Assembly: GCA_964628605.1 (NCBI GenBank)
Contig: CAZVOU010000125.1
Coordinates: 68,120 to 132,119 of the forward strand
DNA: 64,000 nucleotides
Origin: an uncultured Syntrophaceae bacterium
GTDB taxonomy: Bacteria > Desulfobacterota > Desulfomonilia > Desulfomonilales > Desulfomonilaceae
Direction: 5' to 3'
Shown in pieces: positions 58,292 through 64,000 of this stretch. Position 1 is the first letter of the stretch, and each line of letters starts with the position of its first letter. Position numbers and translations under genes: made by a program. The notes under the pieces are model-generated. The model was not told where the DNA came from. It searched no databases and saw only the letters and a list, made by a program, of their open reading frames with translations.

Positions 58292-59844
58292 CAAAACCAT
58301 TGTCGGCTTCATTGATTAGCGGAGTGTTTCTCGCTCTGGTTTTTCATCCATGGCAACTTGATTTGCTGGTCTGGATCGCTCTCATTCCTCTTTTATGGTC
58401 TATTCACATTAGTGAAAACCCTGCAAAAGCATCCCTATATGGATGGGTTGCCGGTTTTTTTTTCTTCAGCCTCAACGTAAGGTGGGTTTATGATACACTG
58501 ACAGTTCACGGGCATTTTTCTGAATATCTGGCTGCCACCATTTTGTTGGTGATGATTGCGTGCCTTGCCCTGTTCATCTCTTTTTTTTCATATCTCTGTG
58601 CGGTTGCGAAAAATTCGGGATTTTCATACTGCCTTATTCTTCCCACTGCCTGGGTAAGCGTAGAGTACCTCAGGACGTATGCGTTAACGGGTTTTCCTTG
58701 GGACTTGTTGGGATATTCTCTTTCACAGAGTCCAAATCTCATTCAGATTGTCGACATCACCGGAGTGTATGGGCTGTCTTTTCTAATTGTTTTTGTGAAC
58801 AGCGCTGTCTTGGAAGCCCTGATTAACAGGTCAAGATCCTTTTCCAGTGTAGTGATCCAGTTGGCGGTGGGCATGGCGCTCATATCAGTATGCGCACTCT
58901 ATGGTTGGACAAAAATATCCGATTACTCAGACAGGTCAAGAACTCAGACTAGCCACACTGTCGGGATTTTGCAGGGGGGTATTCCTCAGGGACTTAAGTG
59001 GAGCGAATCATACCGATCGCTCACTTTTTCAAAATATGAAGAACTGGCAACGGAATCCGTGGCAAAAGGCGCTGAATTCCTGATATGGCCCGAAACAAGC
59101 GTGCCTGTAGTAATTGGCGGTGAAAATTTATCGTGGATGGCGGCCATGGAGATTTCGAAGAAAGTTAACACCCCGATGCTCATAGGAGCGCCTTCTCAAA
59201 CTGATTCATCAGGAGAGATAAGCTATTTTAACAGCGCTTTTCTGGTGGATGGATCGGAAATATTGTCAGGGTATGACAAGATCCACCTGGTCCCTTTTGG
59301 CGAATACATGCCTTTGAACTGGCTGTTTCCTGTGGGTCCTGGAATGGCGGCGCGCGAAGCCGATTTTTCAGCCGGGACGGTGATGACCGTGATGAAAACC
59401 GGTAATTTGCCTGCTTTTAGCGTTCTAATCTGCTATGAGGCAATATTTCCTGAACTTAGCAGAATGGCAATCAACAATGGAGCACGGTTCCTGGTAAACA
59501 TTACAAATGACGGATGGTTCGATACAACATCGGCCCCCCACCAGCATCTTTTCATGGCTAAATTCAGATCAATTGAAAACAGGGTTTGGTTGCTAAGAGC
59601 TGCCAACACTGGAATAAGCGGGGCCTTTGATCCTACTGGATTGCTCGTGGACTCTATAGATCTGGGTGAGTCCGGCTGGATCAACATTCAAATGTCAGCG
59701 CCGAACAGTGTGGGGAGCTTTTATACAAAATTTGGTGATCTGTTCGCTTGGTCATGTATAATTGTCTTCTCACTGATTTTATTTCGGGCTTTGACCCACC
59801 AGCAAACATCTGAAGGTATGAAATATGAACCCATTCGCCATTAG
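58288..59844 (+). CDS. lnt: apolipoprotein N-acyltransferase
   Basis: Polytopic N-terminus plus a nitrilase-type domain with catalytic Cys in VLICYEAIFPE and the WPE glutamate. Overlaps the corC stop by 4 nt. Confidence 0.92.
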   Translation: MTKPLSASLISGVFLALVFHPWQLDLLVWIALIPLLWSIHISENPAKASLYGWVAGFFFFSLNVRWVYDTLTVHGHFSEYLAATILLVMIACLALFISFFSYLCAVAKNSGFSYCLILPTAWVSVEYLRTYALTGFPWDLLGYSLSQSPNLIQIVDITGVYGLSFLIVFVNSAVLEALINRSRSFSSVVIQLAVGMALISVCALYGWTKISDYSDRSRTQTSHTVGILQGGIPQGLKWSESYRSLTFSKYEELATESVAKGAEFLIWPETSVPVVIGGENLSWMAAMEISKKVNTPMLIGAPSQTDSSGEISYFNSAFLVDGSEILSGYDKIHLVPFGEYMPLNWLFPVGPGMAAREADFSAGTVMTVMKTGNLPAFSVLICYEAIFPELSRMAINNGARFLVNITNDGWFDTTSAPHQHLFMAKFRSIENRVWLLRAANTGISGAFDPTGLLVDSIDLGESGWINIQMSAPNSVGSFYTKFGDLFAWSCIIVFSLILFRALTHQQTSEGMKYEPIRH

Positions 59845-60925
59845 AACTCTGGTTCGCATTGGGGCAGGCATACTCTTTGCCTATATAGTGTACTGGTTGA
59901 TAAGCGTCATGGAATCCGTGACTACTATTCTAATGGTGTCATTTTTAATGGCTTACATTCTCAACCCTCTGGTGCTGGCGCTCGAAAAAATACATGTGAA
60001 CAGATCACTGGCCGCATTGATGTCTTTGCTAATCGTTTTCGCTTTTGTGCTAGGTCTCTTTTTTCTAATAATTCCGGCAATCGCGGGTGAAATAGCTTCC
60101 TTTTCACGCGTTATCCCCAGATATGTTGAAACCCTTCAGCGGATATTTTTTGAATTGGTGACCAAATTTGATGTGTCTCTTCCGCAGGATGTGAGTGAAT
60201 TGTCAGGGCTTGCAATTGAAAAGGGCCGGCAATTGTTGCCCGGTTTAACCAGAGCGTCCGGACGTATACTCTCTTCCGTTTTTAGTTCAACTATTTCAGT
60301 GATCACCACCGTTTTCCAAATATTGCTAATCCCCATAATTGCTTATTATTTGCTGGTTTCTTTTGAAAGCATCAAGCAAGGAACCGTAGAATTGATCCCC
60401 GAATATGCCAGAGAGCCCATTATAAAAAAATTCGTGGAAATAGACGGAGTGCTGTCAAGCTTTGTTCGTGGTCAGCTTACGATTTCATTCATAATGGCTA
60501 TTTTGTACAGTTTGGGCTTCATTTTTATCGGCATCGATCTGGCGCTTGTAATTGGAATTGTCTCAGGCCTGCTGTTCATAGTGCCTTATCTGGGAACCAT
60601 GATAGCGTTGATATTCGCTCCGATCATGGCGTTCGCGAAATTCGGAGACCTGATCCATGTTTTTTATGTTTTTCTGTGGATAGGATTGGTTCAGGTGCTG
60701 GAAACATATGTTTTGACTCCCAATGTTGTTGGCCAGGCTGTGGGACTTCATCCTGTGGTATATATAATGGCTCTCGTTGTTGGCGGTAATTTGTTTGGAG
60801 TTGTCGGCATGCTGGTTGCCGTTCCAGTGGCTGCCGTGTTAAAAGTGTTGCTCATTTCAATCCTTCAGGAATATAAGAGTTCGTACTTGTATCATGATAA
60901 ATCCGGAAAGGAACAAACTTCATGA
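59825..60925 (+). CDS. AI-2E family transporter (PerM/UPF0118)
   Basis: 366 aa with about 8 TM helices and the C-terminal conserved stretch YVLTPNVVGQAVGLHPVV typical of the family. Confidence 0.85.
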   Translation: MNPFAIRTLVRIGAGILFAYIVYWLISVMESVTTILMVSFLMAYILNPLVLALEKIHVNRSLAALMSLLIVFAFVLGLFFLIIPAIAGEIASFSRVIPRYVETLQRIFFELVTKFDVSLPQDVSELSGLAIEKGRQLLPGLTRASGRILSSVFSSTISVITTVFQILLIPIIAYYLLVSFESIKQGTVELIPEYAREPIIKKFVEIDGVLSSFVRGQLTISFIMAILYSLGFIFIGIDLALVIGIVSGLLFIVPYLGTMIALIFAPIMAFAKFGDLIHVFYVFLWIGLVQVLETYVLTPNVVGQAVGLHPVVYIMALVVGGNLFGVVGMLVAVPVAAVLKVLLISILQEYKSSYLYHDKSGKEQTS

Positions 60926-61806
60926 CTCGCCTCAGGGCGCTAAACAAACCTGATGACCGATTCCAGACTGACAAGGGCATTCTTTATGTCGTTGCAACTC
61001 CGATAGGCAACCTTGAAGATATCACCATCAGGGCGGTTGAAACCCTCAGGCACGTGAATTTAATAGCCTGCGAAGATACCCGGAAAAGCAGGGTCCTGAT
61101 TAGTCATTGGGGCATTCCCACCAGATTGATGAGTCTGCATCGTTTTAGTGAAGCCAGAAAGATGGAAGCTGTTTTGGGTAAACTCGCCAAAGGCTACTCA
61201 GTGGCATTAATAACCGATGCCGGCACGCCTGCTGTTTCAGATCCCGGCAATCGCCTGGTGAGAGCGGCCTTACAGGCAGGGTACACGGTTTCTCCTATCC
61301 CCGGTCCATCCTCTATCACCACTGCGCTGTCCGTATCCGGAATGGACTGTTCCTCATTCCTCTATCTGGGATTTGCTCCGCGTAAGGACACCCAGAGAAA
61401 ACTTTTTTTTGCAGATTTGGTCAGACAACAACGCACAGTGGTTTTTTTGGAAACAGCGGCCAGAATCATTGATACCCTGGAAGTGGGCTGCGAATACCTG
61501 GGTTCAAGAAAAATGGTTCTTTTTCGTGAGCTTACCAAGGTTTTTGAAGAAATAATAAGTGGGGACGTGTGTTCGGTGCTTGACTCACTCAAGTCAAGAG
61601 ATTCCGTTAAAGGTGAAATTACTGTAGTGGTTGAGGGCTCATCAGAGATGAGCCCATCAATTGACATTGAAGACGCTGTGGCCGAATTGATGGCGGAAGG
61701 ATTGTCCGGAAAACGTTTGGCCGTCGAAGCGTATATCAGATTTGGACTAAACAAAACCGCCGTTTATCAAAAATTCCTGGAATTGAAGGACAAAAGTGAT
61801 TCTTGA
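60922..61806 (+). CDS. rsmI: 16S rRNA (cytidine1402-2'-O)-methyltransferase
   Basis: GILYVVATPIGNLEDITIRAVETL, ACEDTR and the TDAGTPAVSDPG motif of RsmI. The ATGA overlaps the upstream gene. Confidence 0.93.
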   Translation: MTRLRALNKPDDRFQTDKGILYVVATPIGNLEDITIRAVETLRHVNLIACEDTRKSRVLISHWGIPTRLMSLHRFSEARKMEAVLGKLAKGYSVALITDAGTPAVSDPGNRLVRAALQAGYTVSPIPGPSSITTALSVSGMDCSSFLYLGFAPRKDTQRKLFFADLVRQQRTVVFLETAARIIDTLEVGCEYLGSRKMVLFRELTKVFEEIISGDVCSVLDSLKSRDSVKGEITVVVEGSSEMSPSIDIEDAVAELMAEGLSGKRLAVEAYIRFGLNKTAVYQKFLELKDKSDS

Positions 61807-61876
61807 TTGATCGCCCCGGATTTGGTCCGATTACAGTGGATATCGACTCCAGTTCAGAATGATTTGCTATCAAGCA

Positions 61877-63514
61877 TCAGCCGGTCTTGCTAACCTCAGA
61901 ATGTGGTCTCGAGTTCCTGTAATCAAGACTGGCCCTGATAAAACTCGAGAACAAAGGATGTGGATCCATTGGACGCGATTTAAATTCAGGATGGAACTGG
62001 CAACCGACAAACCACGAATGAGGCCTATATTCGACCAATTCCACCAGTTGACCGTCCGGCGAGACTCCACCTGCAACAAGACCCTTTTCCTCCAAGGTCT
62101 TTCTAAACTCGTTGTTGAACTCGTACCTATGCCTGTGCCTCTCACTAATCGCCGTTTTTCCGTATATTTCATGACAAAGGCTGTCCGATGGAATGACACA
62201 TTCGTAGGCTCCCAGTCTCATTGTTCCACCCTTGTCAGTGATGGAGCGTTGTGTTTCCATAAGATGAATGACGGGGAAACGGGTTTCAGGATCAAATTCT
62301 GTTGAATTGGCTTTCGTAAGTTTGCATACATTTCTTGCAAATTCCACCACCGCCATTTGCATGCCGAGACAGATGCCAAAATAGGGGATATTGTTTTCAC
62401 GCGCATGCTGCACCGCCCTGATCTTACCTTCTATACCCCTTGAACCGAAACCACCTGGAACAAGTATTCCATCTACATCCTGGAATTGATCTTCCAATCC
62501 GAAGTTTTCTATACGTTCAGAGTCAATGAATTTTAATTTGACCTTGGTTCCGTTGGCTACTCCACCGGCAAATAGCGCTTCATTGAGACTCTTGTAGGAT
62601 TCATGCAAATTTACATATTTTCCCACTATGCCGATAGTGACAACCTGCTGCAAAGATTTTACGGATTGAATGAAAGCTTTCCACTCATCCAATTGAGGCG
62701 CTCTGGTCCAGACATTAAGAAGTTCAACAATTTTTTGATCCAGACCTTCTTCATGGAATTTTAGGGGCAATTCGTAAATACATTCTACGTCTTCTGCTGC
62801 AATCACCTCTTCCGGCCGAACATTACAGAACAACGCTATCTTTTCTTTGATGTCCCTTGAAATGCTTTTTTCAGTTCTGCAGATGAGTATATCAGGCTGA
62901 ATACCAACCTCTCTCAGCGTCTTGACACTATGCTGAGTCGGTTTGGTCTTCACTTCTCCTGAAGCTTTTACATACGGTAACAGAGTTAGATGAACATATA
63001 AGACGTTTTGAGGTCCCAAATCAGCGCGCAACTGTCTAATAGCCTCTAGAAAGGGGAGACTCTCTATGTCGCCAACCGTTCCACCGACTTCCACTATCGC
63101 TATGTCAACCCCATTCCCCAAGCCTCTGATTTTGTCTTTTATCTCATCGGTTACATGCGGAATCACCTGAACAGTGGCGCCGAGATATTCGCCGCGTCGT
63201 TCCTTCTGAATGACTGCGTCGTAAATCTGTCCCGTGGTAAAGTTATTCTTCTGACGAAGAATGGCATGTGTAAAACGTTCGTAATGTCCGAGATCCAGGT
63301 CGGTTTCCGCTCCGTCATCAGTCACGAAAACCTCGCCGTGCTGGAATGGATTCATTGTTCCTGGATCGACATTGATGTATGGGTCCATTTTCAATAGGGT
63401 GACTGTTAGCCCCCTACTTTCCATCAATGTTCCAATACTGGCTGCAGAAAGACCTTTTCCAAGAGATGAAAGCACTCCACCTGTGATGAATATGAATTTT
63501 GTGCTCTTATACAT
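61877..63514 (-). CDS. pyrG: CTP synthase
   Basis: [16 protein letters not shown] at the N-terminus. GATase catalytic Cys (GICLGMQ) and HRHRYE. Start set to ATG 63514 ([13 protein letters not shown]) with GGAGAG upstream. Confidence 0.96.
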   Translation of the reverse strand: MYKSTKFIFITGGVLSSLGKGLSAASIGTLMESRGLTVTLLKMDPYINVDPGTMNPFQHGEVFVTDDGAETDLDLGHYERFTHAILRQKNNFTTGQIYDAVIQKERRGEYLGATVQVIPHVTDEIKDKIRGLGNGVDIAIVEVGGTVGDIESLPFLEAIRQLRADLGPQNVLYVHLTLLPYVKASGEVKTKPTQHSVKTLREVGIQPDILICRTEKSISRDIKEKIALFCNVRPEEVIAAEDVECIYELPLKFHEEGLDQKIVELLNVWTRAPQLDEWKAFIQSVKSLQQVVTIGIVGKYVNLHESYKSLNEALFAGGVANGTKVKLKFIDSERIENFGLEDQFQDVDGILVPGGFGSRGIEGKIRAVQHARENNIPYFGICLGMQMAVVEFARNVCKLTKANSTEFDPETRFPVIHLMETQRSITDKGGTMRLGAYECVIPSDSLCHEIYGKTAISERHRHRYEFNNEFRKTLEEKGLVAGGVSPDGQLVELVEYRPHSWFVGCQFHPEFKSRPMDPHPLFSSFIRASLDYRNSRPHSEVSKTG

Positions 63515-63530
63515 GAAACTCTCCAGAGGA

Positions 63531-64000
63531 TTAAATCTCTTCACCTGTGAGTATCCTAAAAATGTTGATGTACTTTTCACTTACATTTTTGACAACATCA
63601 TCTGGTAGTACCGGCGCGGGCGGTTCCTTGTCCCACTTGATGCGTTCCAGGTAATCTCTGACATACTGTTTATCCAGAGATGGGGGTGACATGCCGGGCT
63701 GATACTGATCCACAGGCCAAAATCGGGACGAGTCGGGCGTTAAGGCCTCATCTATGAGCGACCTTTCTCCATCAATCACTCCAAACTCAAATTTTGTGTC
63801 GGCAATTATTATGCCTCTTTGTTCAGCCCACCTTGCCCCAAAATCATACAGTTTCAACGAAGCGTCCCTCAACCAGTTTGCGTCTTCAGCGCCCAAGAGA
63901 TCAACAGCCTTGGAAAAAGATATGTTCTCATCATGCGCTCCAAGCTCGGCTTTTGTCGATGGAGTGAAAATTGGTTCGGAGAGCTTTTCCGCCTGCTTGA
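63531..64000 (-). CDS. purC: phosphoribosylaminoimidazole-succinocarboxamide synthase (C-terminal part; continues beyond the window)
   Basis: [10 protein letters not shown] and [14 protein letters not shown] motifs of SAICAR synthetase. The frame stays open to the window edge. Stop lies 16 nt upstream of pyrG. Confidence 0.9.
   Translation of the reverse strand, partial: KQAEKLSEPIFTPSTKAELGAHDENISFSKAVDLLGAEDANWLRDASLKLYDFGARWAEQRGIIIADTKFEFGVIDGERSLIDEALTPDSSRFWPVDQYQPGMSPPSLDKQYVRDYLERIKWDKEPPAPVLPDDVVKNVSEKYINIFRILTGEEI

Overview
This is a densely coding 64-kb chromosomal window from a diderm (Gram-negative-type) bacterium, with mid-40s % GC by eye and about 55 protein genes on both strands. 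I cannot assign the taxon from sequence alone.

Most of it is core housekeeping:
- four aminoacyl-tRNA synthetases (leuS, gltX, trpS, argS)
- mdh, miaB, glycerate kinase, ppdK, queE, nth, lon, rsmI, pyrG, purC
- many envelope genes: lptE, PBP4/dacB, ampG, PBP1A/mrcA, lnt, a SPOR protein, a DUF374 protein, a GT2 glycosyltransferase and two paralogous beta-barrel outer-membrane proteins

The micro-syntenies leuS-lptE and corC-lnt match the E. coli arrangement. I found no rRNA, tRNA, CRISPR array, transposase, integrase, reverse transcriptase or recognisable defence or toxin-antitoxin gene. The window reads as core genome, not as an island, and I see no clear-cut novel system.

The candidates worth a second look, all inference level:
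1. A 22-codon Tyr/Phe-rich leader ORF whose 3' end is exactly complementary to the loop side of an intrinsic terminator, upstream of an uncharacterised 525-aa GNAT-fusion gene.
2. A three-gene minus-strand string: small secreted Cys/Pro/Trp-rich protein, membrane-anchored P-loop GTPase, and an FtsX/MacB-type permease with no ABC ATPase gene in the window.
3. A cluster of a repeat-rich, N-terminally extended orphan TAXI-type binding protein, a DUF2491-like protein and a PspA/IM30-like protein.
4. Two diverged 330-354-aa OMP paralogs about 27 kb apart with related terminators.
5. A correctly spaced sigma-54-type -24/-12 element followed by a short C/U-rich transcript and a terminator (candidate sRNA).
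6. An unannotated 55-aa four-Cys ORF just upstream of argS.

Several ORF-track starts were moved to internal starts with better Shine-Dalgarno (SD) support.
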